Positions 9,488 to 19,601 of a DNA stretch of 51,450 bases are shown here, piece by piece (positions within the stretch are counted from its first letter, which is position 1; each line of letters opens with the position of its first letter). The notes under the pieces were generated by a model that was not told the DNA's origin, ran no database searches, and saw nothing but the letters and a program-made list of their open reading frames with translations. Source of the DNA: Methanosaeta sp. UBA114 (lineage in GTDB: Archaea; Halobacteriota; Methanosarcinia; Methanotrichales; Methanotrichaceae); the NCBI GenBank assembly GCA_002506335.1, contig DAXJ01000014.1, forward strand, positions 1 through 51,450. The letters run 5' to 3'. The translations under genes and the position numbers were made by a program.

Positions 9488-9578
9488 ATAAGGACAAAGA
9501 TCATAGGCTCACTCGGTCTCTTTCTATTCAGGAATATCGCCGGCATGTTCCGTAATAAGTTATGACTTTTGTCCTTAT
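9488..9578. repeat. 18-bp imperfect inverted repeat pair, MITE-like
   Basis: ATAAGGACAAAGATCATA (9488-9505) versus the reverse complement of TATGACTTTTGTCCTTAT (9561-9578): 16/18 match. Confidence 0.5.
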
Positions 9579-9652
9579 TAGCCCCTTCTCGAATCATCTA
9601 TAGGCTTCGTACACCTTCAACGGTAAAGGTAAGTCTGCAATAAAAAAAGGAT

Positions 9653-9775
9653 TTACTGGCAGGTATCAAGTAGAGACTTCTTCTTGCCAGCCCTATTGTC
9701 TCCGGGCTTCAGGGGTTCAACTACTGCTTCAGCCTTCTCTTCCTTATCGATCTTCTTCTCACCGGGGTGGGTCAT
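9653..9775 (-). CDS. Small protein, VEPxKPGD...SLxxTC family, copy 3 (40 aa, not in ORF track)
   Basis: MTHPGEKKIDKEEKAEAVVEPLKPGDNRAGKKKSLLDTCQ*; GAGGTGA RBS; CGATAACATTAATTA promoter-like box at 9810-9824; T-tract just after the stop. Confidence 0.8.
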   Translation of the reverse strand: MTHPGEKKIDKEEKAEAVVEPLKPGDNRAGKKKSLLDTCQ

Positions 9776-10027
9776 TTGTCTCACCTCAAACGACAATTAG
9801 CTCAAATTCTAATTAATGTTATCGCCTATAAACGATAATAAAATTAGTTTTATATGGATTTTGTTAGTTAATATGGATATAATGGGGGAGAGCTTATTGG
9901 ATATATGCTGATCAAAAGAAATGATTGACTAGAGATCAATATGAAATCTATCCCTTGGTGGGGTAATGGTCGCGTTAACAATAGCAACAATATATCTTAT
10001 GAAAAACAGACCTAGAAAAAGGAGGGG

Positions 10028-10810
10028 TCAGGTAGTAGTATAACCCCCATCGATGATAAGCTCACTTCCCGTCACGAACTTGGCCTCATCCGAGACCAGA
10101 TACAGGACCCCGTAGGCTATATCATTGGGCTCTCCTATGTGGCCAATGGGATGGAGGGCATCCAGCTCATTCTTAAGTCCCTCCACGCTCTTTCCCGTAG
10201 CCGCAGATTGCTCCTTCAGGAGGTTCTCCACCAGGGGCGTCCATATGAATCCCGGATGGATGGAGTTGACCCTGATCCCATCCTTGGCATAGAGCAGGGC
10301 GTCTATCTTGGCCATGACCCGGTTAGCGGCTTTGGATGCGTGGTAGGCTGGTATGTCTGGAGCGCCGATGATACCGTAGATGGATGACATGTAGATGATG
10401 TTGCCCCCTCCGCTCATCTTCAAGTAAGGAACGGCGTACTTGGTGCAGAGGAAGGCACCTGTGACGTTCACATCGAAGACCCATTCCCACTCCCGCTTGG
10501 TGTACTCATGGGTGGGCTTGTTGGGTCCCGCAACGCCAGCGTTGTTCACCAGGATGTCTATCCGGCGGTACTTATCGTAGACCTGCTTCATCAGCTCTTC
10601 TATCCTCTTCTCATCGGTCACATCCAGGCGGAAGTACTCGGCCTTGCCACCCTCACTGATGATCTCGCCCACGACCTTTTTACCCTCGTCCTGGGTCCTG
10701 CCTGTGACTATGGAGATGGCTCCTTCCTTGGCCAGGATCCTGGCTATTGCCTCGCCTATGCCGTAGGTAGACCCAGTTATAATGGCAACTTTATTTTCTA
10801 AATGTCCCAT
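10028..10810 (-). CDS. Short-chain dehydrogenase/reductase
   Basis: ITGSTYGIG, NNAG, YHASK and IHPG motifs. Confidence 0.92.
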   Translation of the reverse strand: MGHLENKVAIITGSTYGIGEAIARILAKEGAISIVTGRTQDEGKKVVGEIISEGGKAEYFRLDVTDEKRIEELMKQVYDKYRRIDILVNNAGVAGPNKPTHEYTKREWEWVFDVNVTGAFLCTKYAVPYLKMSGGGNIIYMSSIYGIIGAPDIPAYHASKAANRVMAKIDALLYAKDGIRVNSIHPGFIWTPLVENLLKEQSAATGKSVEGLKNELDALHPIGHIGEPNDIAYGVLYLVSDEAKFVTGSELIIDGGYTTT

Positions 10811-11010
10811 GCCGTATCCCCGTAAAATTTTAGAGTCATTACATTATGCACGCACGGAGTATTAGAATGTAGCGTGTTCGAACGACGCTGTGAGATCGGT
10901 GTAGTATGTAAATAGCACGGTGTTAACGTTGCATAGAACGATGTCGGTACAACATAAGCCTTGAAAGGCGGTTTAAATCGATTAAAGAACTTAATTTATT
11001 GAAACGGCTT

Positions 11011-11450
11011 ATGGTAACTGTTGCTATCATAATGCTATCTTCAATTCGCACTTATGTAACTGCACAAGAGAATCCGCAGCCATTGGTGAATCATTGGGAT
11101 TCAGAGATTTTATGGCCGCATGGGACAACAAACACGCAGAGATTGATCGCAATTTGAGTGAAATAATTAACTTAAATGATTGGGTTTCAGTGATCAATGA
11201 TGTTCAGATATCCCTACCAGAACATTCGCTTCAGTCTGGCAAGACACTAAGGGTTCACCTTGGTAAAGGCGGGGATAACGATACAAATCTGTTCCTAGAC
11301 CACGCTGCTCCGCTGGATAATACAACTGGCGAGACTATATTGAAAAACGATACGGGGGTAACATCCGCGTCTTTAAGGTACGAAAACCGCGTCCACGGGT
11401 CCCCACCATGTGACATAACAGGTATAAGGACCACTGAGCTTTTGAAGTGA
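11011..11450 (+). pseudogene. Degenerate secreted lamin-tail-domain-like protein
   Basis: LPEHSLQSGKTLRVHLGKGGDNDTNLFL...DNTTGETILKNDTG resembles the LTD consensus. The signal-peptide-like start (MVTVAIIML, 11011) is in a different frame. Confidence 0.45.
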
Positions 11451-11796
11451 TCTTTTTAGACTTCAATTGCCGTATCGAGATATCAACATTTGAAAATAGC
11501 ATCAACTAGATGCATTCATGCAGATAATTTAGTCGGCGCAAGCATGCCGAGGTTATAAGGGCACCACTGTTAGGTGCGGAATAACCATATTATTTCTGCT
11601 CTCGATGTTACTAGCGCACTATAACGTAGATCTTAGGTCTTATGATCATGCCTATGAATGTTCCTTTAATGCGTTCTATGGCCTCGGGACTAATAGTTAC
11701 GGTTCACTAGTGATTAGCAGTCTCTTACCGGACGAATTGCAGCCCTACAGGATAAGGGATAAAGTTTAGCAAAAAAGTGATGTTTAGGGGCCCTTT

Positions 11797-12960
11797 TTAG
11801 GGGCTATTCCTCTCAAGAATGCAGGTTGGATCCTCGCCCAGAAAATCCCCTAGGTAATACTGAGCCTTCTGCCTGCACCCTCCGCAGAGTTCAAGGTACT
11901 CGCACTCGCCGCAGGCTCCTTTGAGGTTCGACCTCATTCCCCTCAGAGCTAGAAGCTCGGGGGCCGGGTTATCCATCCATATATCCTTAAAGGGCCTCTC
12001 CCTGACATTTCCCACCACGACCTGGGGCATGAAATGACAGGGATGGACATCGCCTCTGTAGTTGATGTTGGCTACCTTGTTTCCCGTAGAACATCCCCCT
12101 GCATTGGCCAGAAGCTCCCTAACGCGCTCCCTCCTGGGGTCTCCTTTGAGCATCTCCAGGAGAAAAGCCCCGTCCATGGGGGAGTCGGTGGTCAGTATTT
12201 CTATCTCTTTATCTTTGAGCTCCACCGCAGCCTCGGCCAGGAGCTTGAGAACGCTTCTCCTCTGATCGGGAGTCACATCCTTATCGGCGATCTCAGCTCC
12301 CCTTCCGGTAGGCACCAGGTGGTAGAGGCAAAACCTCGGGACCCGCTCTTTTAAGGCCAGCTCCATGAGGGCGGCCACCTCGTACCAGTTGTCCTTGGTG
12401 AGGGTGATCCTGATGCCGGTCTTTAATCCTGCATCTCTAGCATTTCGTATTCCCTCTAAGGCCTTGGCGTGGGCTCCCGGTACTCCCCTGAAGGAGTCGT
12501 GCTTCTTCGCCACAGATGAGTCAAGGCTTACTCCTACGTATCCTATGCCAGCTTCCTTCATCAGGCGGGCGATCTCGGGGGTTATCAGGGTGCCGTTGGT
12601 GGATATCACTGTCCTGACGCCAGCTTCGCTGGCGTGGAAGGCATAGGCAAAGAAGTTCCTGCTCATCAATGGCTCTCCACCGGTGAAGATAATTACGGGC
12701 ACCTTCACCTCAGCCAGGTCGTCTATCAGGCGGATTCCTTCCTCTAAAGTAAGCTCATCGCTCCCTTCCGCCCTGGCGTCCATGTAGCAGTGCTGGCAGG
12801 CCAGGTTGCACCGGCGAGTAAGATTCCACATGATCACGGGCTTGGACTCAGTTGAGAACCTGATCATATCAGGGGAACACCTCTCACAGCCGCCATTGTG
12901 AGTCCTGAGAGCCTCCCAGACCGTGGCCTTATCGGCCAGAACCTTGGAGAAGATTATCAT
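11797..12960 (-). CDS. ahbC: Radical SAM/SPASM alternative heme biosynthesis protein (AhbC/NirJ1-like)
   Basis: KPVIMWNLTRRCNLACQHCY, FTGGEP, CLYHLVPTGRG and SPASM cysteines; last gene of the hem cluster. Confidence 0.75.
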   Translation of the reverse strand: MIIFSKVLADKATVWEALRTHNGGCERCSPDMIRFSTESKPVIMWNLTRRCNLACQHCYMDARAEGSDELTLEEGIRLIDDLAEVKVPVIIFTGGEPLMSRNFFAYAFHASEAGVRTVISTNGTLITPEIARLMKEAGIGYVGVSLDSSVAKKHDSFRGVPGAHAKALEGIRNARDAGLKTGIRITLTKDNWYEVAALMELALKERVPRFCLYHLVPTGRGAEIADKDVTPDQRRSVLKLLAEAAVELKDKEIEILTTDSPMDGAFLLEMLKGDPRRERVRELLANAGGCSTGNKVANINYRGDVHPCHFMPQVVVGNVRERPFKDIWMDNPAPELLALRGMRSNLKGACGECEYLELCGGCRQKAQYYLGDFLGEDPTCILERNSP

Positions 12961-14453
12961 TGGGTGCTCCTCAGCGCCTGAATCATGGATTCAAATGTGA
13001 ACTTCTCGGGCATCACGTCTACTCGTATCCCGAGGCGCTTAAGCTCTGCGGCCGTGGGTAGGCCTATTACCGCCACCCGGGCACTTTCCAAGGCCCTCCT
13101 AAGCTGCCCTTCCTGGTCCATCTCCTTGGCCCTCTCCATAAGATATCTGGCGGTGGTGGAGCTGGTGAATGCAAAGATATCTATCTCATCAGCCTTGAGG
13201 ATGAGATCATCCAGCCTCTTATCTCCCGAGGCCTTTACCTCGTAGAGGGGCACGTCGTCCACCTGCATGCCGGACTTCCTCAGGTCCTTGGCCAGATACT
13301 GATTTCCTTGGGCGCTCCTTAGAAAGATCACCCTGCCTTCTTTACCCGAGAGCATCTTCTCCAAGCCCGCGGAGCTATACTCCTCGGGCGTTGAGGAAGA
13401 GAACCCAAGCTTCTCCAGGGCAATCTTGGTCTTGGGGCCTATGGATATTATCTTCTTGCTTTTGAGGCTCCGAAGCAGAGATGGATTATTGGATGCGATA
13501 TCTACGCCGTTGGCGCTGGTGAAGACCACGCAATCTGAGGCCTCGACCCTGGATAGGATATCTTCTGGCAAGGGTTTCTTCTCCAGGGCGATGGCTGGAG
13601 CGCATACCGGGTCGAAGCCGGATTCCCTGGCGAGCCTGGAGGACTCGGCTGCCTGGGCATCGAGCCTTAGGATGGCGAGCTTCTTTCCGGCGCTTTGAGC
13701 ATTCCGGGCTTTTTGGCCCTTTTGGGCAAGCTTCTCCGTGAGGTTCACTACCTCTCCCACAACCAGGATCGCGGGGGGCTCCACCTTGGCGCCCTTGGCC
13801 TTCTGCACGATGTTCCCCAGGGTGCCGGTGATGAGCCTCTGTTCTGGCCAGCCTCCTTTCTCTACGATGGCAGCCGGCGTGTCCGGTGATTTTCCTTCGG
13901 AGATCAGGGCTCCCACGTTCTTATCCAGCCGGGAGACGCCCATGAGCACCACCAGGGTCCCACCAAGCTTGGCTATGGCCGACCAATCCAGGGGGCTGTC
14001 CTTTCCGGGATCCTCGTGGCCGGTGACTATGGTCAAAGAAGATGTGATGCCTCTGTGGGTTACGGGGATTCCAGCAAGCTCAGGGGCGGCTATGGCTGAT
14101 GTAACTCCCGGGACCACCTCAACGGGTATTTCCTCCGCCAGGAGGATCAGGGCCTCCTCGCCGCCCCTGCCGAAGAGGTAGGGATCGCCGCCCTTGAGCC
14201 TGACCACCATCTTTCCTTCCTTGGCCTTCTTCACCAGGAGGGCATTAATTTCGTCCTGGGTGAGCTTATGGTGGCTGGCGGACTTTCCCACGTCTATGAG
14301 CTCTTTGTTTTCAAGGCCTGAGAGCGTCTCGGGGCTGAGGAGCCTATCAAAGAGGATCACATCTGCTTGGGAGAGGAGCCTTTTTGCCTTGAGGGTCATG
14401 AGCTCCGGATCTCCGGGGCCTGCTCCCACTAGATAGACTTTACCGGGCTTCAA
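12957..14453 (-). CDS. cobA: Uroporphyrinogen-III C-methyltransferase / uroporphyrinogen-III synthase fusion
   Basis: VYLVGAGPGDPEL and RLKGGDPYLFGRGGEE; C-terminal HemD domain (VFTSANGV, SIGPKT, FTSSTT). Confidence 0.92.
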   Translation of the reverse strand: MKPGKVYLVGAGPGDPELMTLKAKRLLSQADVILFDRLLSPETLSGLENKELIDVGKSASHHKLTQDEINALLVKKAKEGKMVVRLKGGDPYLFGRGGEEALILLAEEIPVEVVPGVTSAIAAPELAGIPVTHRGITSSLTIVTGHEDPGKDSPLDWSAIAKLGGTLVVLMGVSRLDKNVGALISEGKSPDTPAAIVEKGGWPEQRLITGTLGNIVQKAKGAKVEPPAILVVGEVVNLTEKLAQKGQKARNAQSAGKKLAILRLDAQAAESSRLARESGFDPVCAPAIALEKKPLPEDILSRVEASDCVVFTSANGVDIASNNPSLLRSLKSKKIISIGPKTKIALEKLGFSSSTPEEYSSAGLEKMLSGKEGRVIFLRSAQGNQYLAKDLRKSGMQVDDVPLYEVKASGDKRLDDLILKADEIDIFAFTSSTTARYLMERAKEMDQEGQLRRALESARVAVIGLPTAAELKRLGIRVDVMPEKFTFESMIQALRSTQ

Positions 14454-15363
14454 AGGCTTTCACCGCCTCTTCGATCAAAGCTTTGCCGCCCATATCTAGA
14501 AGCCTCCTTCCTAGGGCGGTGGCCTCTTCTGAGCTGCCCTCGGCAGGAAGATTCTCCTCCACTCGCACAAACCTGGTTCCATCCAGGGATAAGACTTCGG
14601 CCACCACCCTGGCCTTCTGGCCCGATATGTCCGCGTGGACCGCCATGGGAACGATGCATCCTCCCCCGACAGCTTCCAGTATCCGCCTCTCAATCATCGT
14701 CTCAGCTCTTGTGGGCAGGTCATCTATAGATTTTGCGTACTTCTCAGAAGAAGAACCCTTCTTGGCAACGGCTACAATGGTCCCCTGGTTGGCCGATGGG
14801 ACGAACCTCTCGGGATCCAGGACCTTGTACTTGAGATCCTTCAGCTCCAGGTTCATTCTCTGGACCCCCGCCTGGGCCAGAACTATGGCCCCGTACTTAC
14901 CCTCGTGCAGCTTCCTAAGCCTGGTCTGGAGATTTCCCCTAAGGCTTTCGATCTTCAGGTCAGGCCGAGCCCTCCTGAGCTGAGCAGATCTCCGCATGCT
15001 GGAGGTGCCTATGATCGCACCCTCCTTCAAATCCTCCAGGGAAGACCCATCGGAAGTCACCAGGATGTCGTAGGGCGAGTCGCGCTTGAGAACCGCTGCG
15101 ATTATCAGCTCCTCAGGCCTTTTGCTTGGGAGATCCTTCATGCTGTGCACCGCCAGATCGATCTCTCCGGAGAGCATTTTGTCATCTATCTCCGCCACAA
15201 AGACCCCCCATCCGGAGATCATGTGGAGGGGTTTGTCCAAGAAGACGTCGCCGCTGGTCTTCACTATGCAGAGCTCGGTCTGGATGCCAAGGTTAGATAG
15301 GCGCTCCAATACGATCTCCGTTTGCCTCAAAGCCAGGGGGCTTCCCCGGCTCCCCACGATCAG
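14440..15363 (-). CDS. hemC: Hydroxymethylbilane synthase
   Basis: [29 protein letters not shown] and GGGC motifs. Start CTG 15363 or GTG 15357. Confidence 0.95.
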   Translation of the reverse strand: MIVGSRGSPLALRQTEIVLERLSNLGIQTELCIVKTSGDVFLDKPLHMISGWGVFVAEIDDKMLSGEIDLAVHSMKDLPSKRPEELIIAAVLKRDSPYDILVTSDGSSLEDLKEGAIIGTSSMRRSAQLRRARPDLKIESLRGNLQTRLRKLHEGKYGAIVLAQAGVQRMNLELKDLKYKVLDPERFVPSANQGTIVAVAKKGSSSEKYAKSIDDLPTRAETMIERRILEAVGGGCIVPMAVHADISGQKARVVAEVLSLDGTRFVRVEENLPAEGSSEEATALGRRLLDMGGKALIEEAVKAFEAR

Positions 15364-16625
15364 CTTTTCAGGTTTAACTTAAAGGCCTCCAGGGTCTGGT
15401 CTAAGACTTCCTGACTGTGGGCTGTCGAGAGGAAGTCGGTCTCGTACTGGCTCGGAGTCAGGAACACTCCTGACGAGAGCATTTTTCGGAAGAGCTTGAG
15501 GTAGCTTGTTTTGTCGCAGCTCAGGGCCTCGGCGTAGTTGCGTGGCTCCTTTCCAAAGAAGACCTTGAACATGGATGCTATGCCTACGACGCTATAGGGA
15601 AGGCTCAAATCATTGACGATCTCCGAAAGAGCGCTCCTGAACTTATCCCCTGCAGCATTCAGCTTGTCTAACGCCCCCCCCTCTAGAATGTCCAAGGTGG
15701 CCCTGCCCGCTGCCAGGGGCACAGGGCTTCCATTGAATGTCCCTGCCTGGTAGATGCCTCCGCTTGGTGCTACCTGCTCCATGAGATCCCTTCTGCCTCC
15801 AAAGATGCCTATGGGGAAGCCACCTCCTACTATCTTGCCAAGTGTTGTGAGATCAGGCGTCACGTCGTAGTATTTCTGGGCCCCCCCTACGCTGAGCCTA
15901 AAGCCCGTGATCACCTCATCGAAGATCAAAAGAATTTCATTATCCTTAGTCGAGTCGCGCACGCCCTGTAGGTAGCCCTCTTTAGGCAGCACCGGCCCTA
16001 TATTCCCAAGGACAGGCTCCATGATGAGGCAGGCTATCTGGCCTTTGAATTTTCTTATAACCGCTTCCAGGGCCTTCAGGTCGTTATAGGGCACCTGAAG
16101 GGTGTTTTTAGCGGTATCCGCCGGCACCCCTTTGGAATCGGGAATGCCTAGGGTTGTGGCCCCGGAGCCTGCCTTGATGAGAGCACTGTCGTGGGCTCCA
16201 TGAAAGCCTCCCTCCACCTTGATGATCTTATCTTTGCCCGTGGCACCCCTGGCCACCCTTATGGCCGCCATGGTGGCCTCGGTCCCCGTGCTCACGAACC
16301 TGAGAATCTGGAGGCTTGGGTAGAGATTGGTGACTCTTTCTGCCATCTCCACCTCGATCTCGGAGGGCGTTCCATAGAGCCAGCCTTTCTGGAGCTGCTC
16401 CTCCACGGCCTTGATGACGGCGGGATTTCTGTGGCCCAGGATCATGGGTCCGTAGGCCAGACAGTAGTCGATGTACTTGTTACCGTCGACGTCCCAGAGG
16501 AAAGATCCCTCTGCCCTCGACGTGTAGAAGGGGAAGGGCTGTATCGCCCTCACAGGGCTGCTCACACCTCCCGGTAGGAGGCCACGGGCCTTGGCAAAAA
16601 GCCTTTCTGAGGCATCAGAACGCAT
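15360..16625 (-). CDS. hemL: Glutamate-1-semialdehyde 2,1-aminomutase
   Basis: [29 protein letters not shown] and YQAGTFNG motifs. Confidence 0.96.
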   Translation of the reverse strand: MRSDASERLFAKARGLLPGGVSSPVRAIQPFPFYTSRAEGSFLWDVDGNKYIDYCLAYGPMILGHRNPAVIKAVEEQLQKGWLYGTPSEIEVEMAERVTNLYPSLQILRFVSTGTEATMAAIRVARGATGKDKIIKVEGGFHGAHDSALIKAGSGATTLGIPDSKGVPADTAKNTLQVPYNDLKALEAVIRKFKGQIACLIMEPVLGNIGPVLPKEGYLQGVRDSTKDNEILLIFDEVITGFRLSVGGAQKYYDVTPDLTTLGKIVGGGFPIGIFGGRRDLMEQVAPSGGIYQAGTFNGSPVPLAAGRATLDILEGGALDKLNAAGDKFRSALSEIVNDLSLPYSVVGIASMFKVFFGKEPRNYAEALSCDKTSYLKLFRKMLSSGVFLTPSQYETDFLSTAHSQEVLDQTLEAFKLNLKS

Positions 16626-17033
16626 TTGGGCGCACCACTTATTCAATCGGTGGATGATTAATCAATCTTGCGATCGCTTAAATCTCCGCGAAGGCGGCTA
16701 CGAAGATGAGCCCCTTTTTGCCCGAATCTTTCTCAGTAAGTTAACGGATAGGGAGCTTTATCTTGGAGGGAAATGAGGTTGTAGTTATATTGCTAGATAG
16801 ATTATCCTCCTTAAATTTTTAATGGTTTTAGCGCAAAGTTTATATAAAGACTTGGCTAAACTGAAGCATTATACTGAAACTGTAATGGTACTGGATAGGA
16901 TGGCTAGGGGGTTGATATCCCAGCAAGAGATGCCAGATTTGCCCTGTCGTGGGCAGGCTTCTCACGCCCTGGCCTTTGCTCCTATTCCAGGGATCCGCTC
17001 AGGATCACATCATGAGGATTAGAGGGGAGATTT

Positions 17034-18311
17034 ATGGGATATGGATGGAAAAATATTAGGGTAATAGCCCTCTGTGCAGTGGTACTTCTGACTTTTATTG
17101 GAATCGGCCAGGCAGCGGGATCCCATATATTGGGCTTGAGAGAGACCGCTCCGGGCACATCATCTTCGGCTGCAGGAGAGCTGGCCGGCTTTGATGTCAA
17201 GCCCGGAGAGAGCATAGATATGCACGTGGTGCTGGCAGGGATCACCGCTCCGCCGGTTGCCGGATACAAGCTTTACATGAGCTATGATCCAAAGGTTATA
17301 GCCAGCGTATCCTTGGAGAATTCTCTGTACAAGACCAGCAAGTTCGAGCAGATAGAGCCGGGCCTCTTCTACTTCGAGGGCTCCGAGACCCTGGGAAAGG
17401 CTAACGGGGACGTGGACCTGGCAACTTTGAGGATCAGGGTGGATCCCAACGCTCCCAGTGGCACAACTACCCTCAAGCTCATGGGGCCGAAGAAGGATGA
17501 GACCAAGGGCACATCGGCTGTCTGGGGACCCTTCCTCTCCAAGATAAACGGCATATCATTCCAGGATACACCTCTGATGGTGAAGGGTGGGAACGCGTCC
17601 TCTGAGGCGAGCGTTGTCACGGCAAAAGTGCCTTCCAAGGAGACCTCCGCCGATGAACCGGGCGTACAGGGTTCTGCCCAGAATAGCGCCACTGAAACCG
17701 GGACTAACGTATCAAGTGCTGACAGGATCAAAGATATCAGGGGACGCATCTCCATGGCCAAGGCGAACGCTGAGGCCAGCCAAGCTGCTATCTTTGAGAA
17801 TAAAAGGGCTCAGAGTCAGACCACTACGCCAAAAGGAACTACCGCTGCTACGGCGGCACCTAGAGTTGTTCAGGCCGATGCTGCTGAAGTCGAGGCCCCT
17901 GCCCATGGATCTGTGGCCAACAACAGCCCGGCACTAGCCGCAGAAGAGACGCCATATCTCGGTGCTTCCGTTGCTAGCACTGCTTCTAATATCAGCACTG
18001 CCTCCTGCATCTGTATTGTTGCTAAAGCTGATGTCAATAAAGACTTCATAAGAGTAGGCGACGATAAGGCCAATGCTTTTGGCCCCATCTTCAACGACGG
18101 CATGGGCACCAAGGCAAAAAACGATCTGGAGATCCTGAAGAACCAGAATACTAGCATCGGTCAGTGCTGTAGCACCGCTATTCCAGGCCTATGCCACGAG
18201 TGTAGCCCCCATCAGAATATAGATAAGATCAGGGCCGGGAACCGGGGTGCCACTTCCATGGGCAGCGCAGACTCAGCCAACAATGTAAAGATAGTGTCCA
18301 ACCAGGAGTAG
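17034..18311 (+). CDS. Secreted protein: cohesin-like domain, low-complexity linker and C-terminal Asn-rich repeat domain
   Basis: Signal peptide; VKPGESIDMHV...VAGYKLYMSYDPKVI...LATLRIRV...GTTTLKL resembles cohesin; two related C-terminal repeats ending in KNQ and SNQE. Confidence 0.7.
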   Translation: MGYGWKNIRVIALCAVVLLTFIGIGQAAGSHILGLRETAPGTSSSAAGELAGFDVKPGESIDMHVVLAGITAPPVAGYKLYMSYDPKVIASVSLENSLYKTSKFEQIEPGLFYFEGSETLGKANGDVDLATLRIRVDPNAPSGTTTLKLMGPKKDETKGTSAVWGPFLSKINGISFQDTPLMVKGGNASSEASVVTAKVPSKETSADEPGVQGSAQNSATETGTNVSSADRIKDIRGRISMAKANAEASQAAIFENKRAQSQTTTPKGTTAATAAPRVVQADAAEVEAPAHGSVANNSPALAAEETPYLGASVASTASNISTASCICIVAKADVNKDFIRVGDDKANAFGPIFNDGMGTKAKNDLEILKNQNTSIGQCCSTAIPGLCHECSPHQNIDKIRAGNRGATSMGSADSANNVKIVSNQE

Positions 18312-18337
18312 AGGAAGTCCGGGAGGGTGCAGGGCCG

Positions 18338-19549
18338 CTATCCGCCCATATCACTCCTTCCTGCATCTTCAGCCATTTTTATAACATCCCTCAGTGGAAC
18401 ATCCGTCTCGAGGGCAATTCTTCTACAGTCCTCGTATTCGGGCTTGGCCTTGAGTACCGTTCCTCCAAACGTATTGACCTTGAGGGCAACCTGGTAGCTT
18501 CTGCCTTTCACCTCTATCTCTATAAGCTTCTCCTCGCGCTCTGCGGTGTACCTATGGAGGCTTGGAAAGACACGGAGGCCCAGGGAGCCGGTCTCGGCCA
18601 TGACCATCCCGGCCAGTCTCTCCAGGTCTCTCTCCATGGCTATGACCCTGATCACATGTCCTGGCCTCCCCTTCTTCATCAGTGCCGGTATGACTGAGAC
18701 ATCCAGGGCACCGGCCTCCATGAGGCGCTCTATGAGGTAGCCCAGGACCTCGCCTGTGACATCGTCTAGGTTGGTCTCCAGCTGAGCCACCTGATCGGGG
18801 TGAGCCGAGCGGATGGCATGGGCGGAGAGGTCGTGCCCTACCTTTACCTCGCCCAAAATCCCTCTGAGAGCATTGGGCAACGGCAGGTCACTGGATCCAG
18901 CCCCATAGCCGACCTTCTGGGCCCTGATTTCTGGATAGAAGTCCAGGAAGGAATCAACTATGGCTGTCAGGATGGACGCCCCCGTGGGCGTCAAAAGTTC
19001 CTGATCTACAGGTCCTCCCTTCCAGGGAATCCTATGGGACCTCAGTATCTCCAGGGCGGCAGGTCCTGGCACTGGCAGGAGGCCGTGGGCAGACTTGACA
19101 AAGCCTCCACCTACGGATATGGGAAGGCAAAGGATTTCCTTTGGGGACAGGCTATCCAGGGCTACGCAGCTTCCTGCGATATCAGCCAGGGCGTCCAAGG
19201 CTCCCACCTCGTGGAACCTGACCCTGGACGCTTCTATTCCATGGACCATAGCTTCAGCGCCTGCCAGGACATTCATGGTCCTCCGGGCTTTATCCAGGGC
19301 AGAATGTCCAAGGCTCGATTCCTCGAGGATTTCCTTGGCCTCCTCCAGCGACTGATATCTCCTATCAGAGACGACCTTAACCCTGGAGGCGGCGATGTGA
19401 CCCTTCTCCTCCCTTGTGATCTCCAATCTACATCCCACCGACTCCACAGCCGCAGTCACAGCCTCTGGGTCCGCGCCCAGGTCCAGGAGGCAGCCCATGA
19501 TCATATCGCCGGAAGCACCTGCATAAGGGTCCAAGAGGAGTGCCTTCAT
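18338..19549 (-). CDS. larC: Nickel pincer cofactor biosynthesis protein LarC family
   Basis: GASGDM, FHEVGALD, AHGLLPVP, TPTGA, ETNLDD, MKKGRPG and KPEYED motifs. Confidence 0.93.
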   Translation of the reverse strand: MKALLLDPYAGASGDMIMGCLLDLGADPEAVTAAVESVGCRLEITREEKGHIAASRVKVVSDRRYQSLEEAKEILEESSLGHSALDKARRTMNVLAGAEAMVHGIEASRVRFHEVGALDALADIAGSCVALDSLSPKEILCLPISVGGGFVKSAHGLLPVPGPAALEILRSHRIPWKGGPVDQELLTPTGASILTAIVDSFLDFYPEIRAQKVGYGAGSSDLPLPNALRGILGEVKVGHDLSAHAIRSAHPDQVAQLETNLDDVTGEVLGYLIERLMEAGALDVSVIPALMKKGRPGHVIRVIAMERDLERLAGMVMAETGSLGLRVFPSLHRYTAEREEKLIEIEVKGRSYQVALKVNTFGGTVLKAKPEYEDCRRIALETDVPLRDVIKMAEDAGRSDMGG

Positions 19550-19601
19550 GGCCGATTAATTTGACGTAAGTTGTTAAATATGAATTGGTTACCTATTAAG
19601 A

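Noticed and set aside
11551..11587. Stem with internal loop GGTTAT...GCACC...GGTGC...ATAACC as an ncRNA or SECIS element
   Set aside because: The stems are short, there is no upstream in-frame TGA gene, and the structure could arise by chance.
11797..12960. Radical SAM/SPASM gene as maturase for the nearby Cys-containing small proteins
   Set aside because: It overlaps the hemL-hemC-cobA/hemD operon and has AhbC/NirJ1 features. NifB (no SPASM domain) and the distant MptN-like ligase also have simpler explanations. No dedicated maturase is evident in the window.
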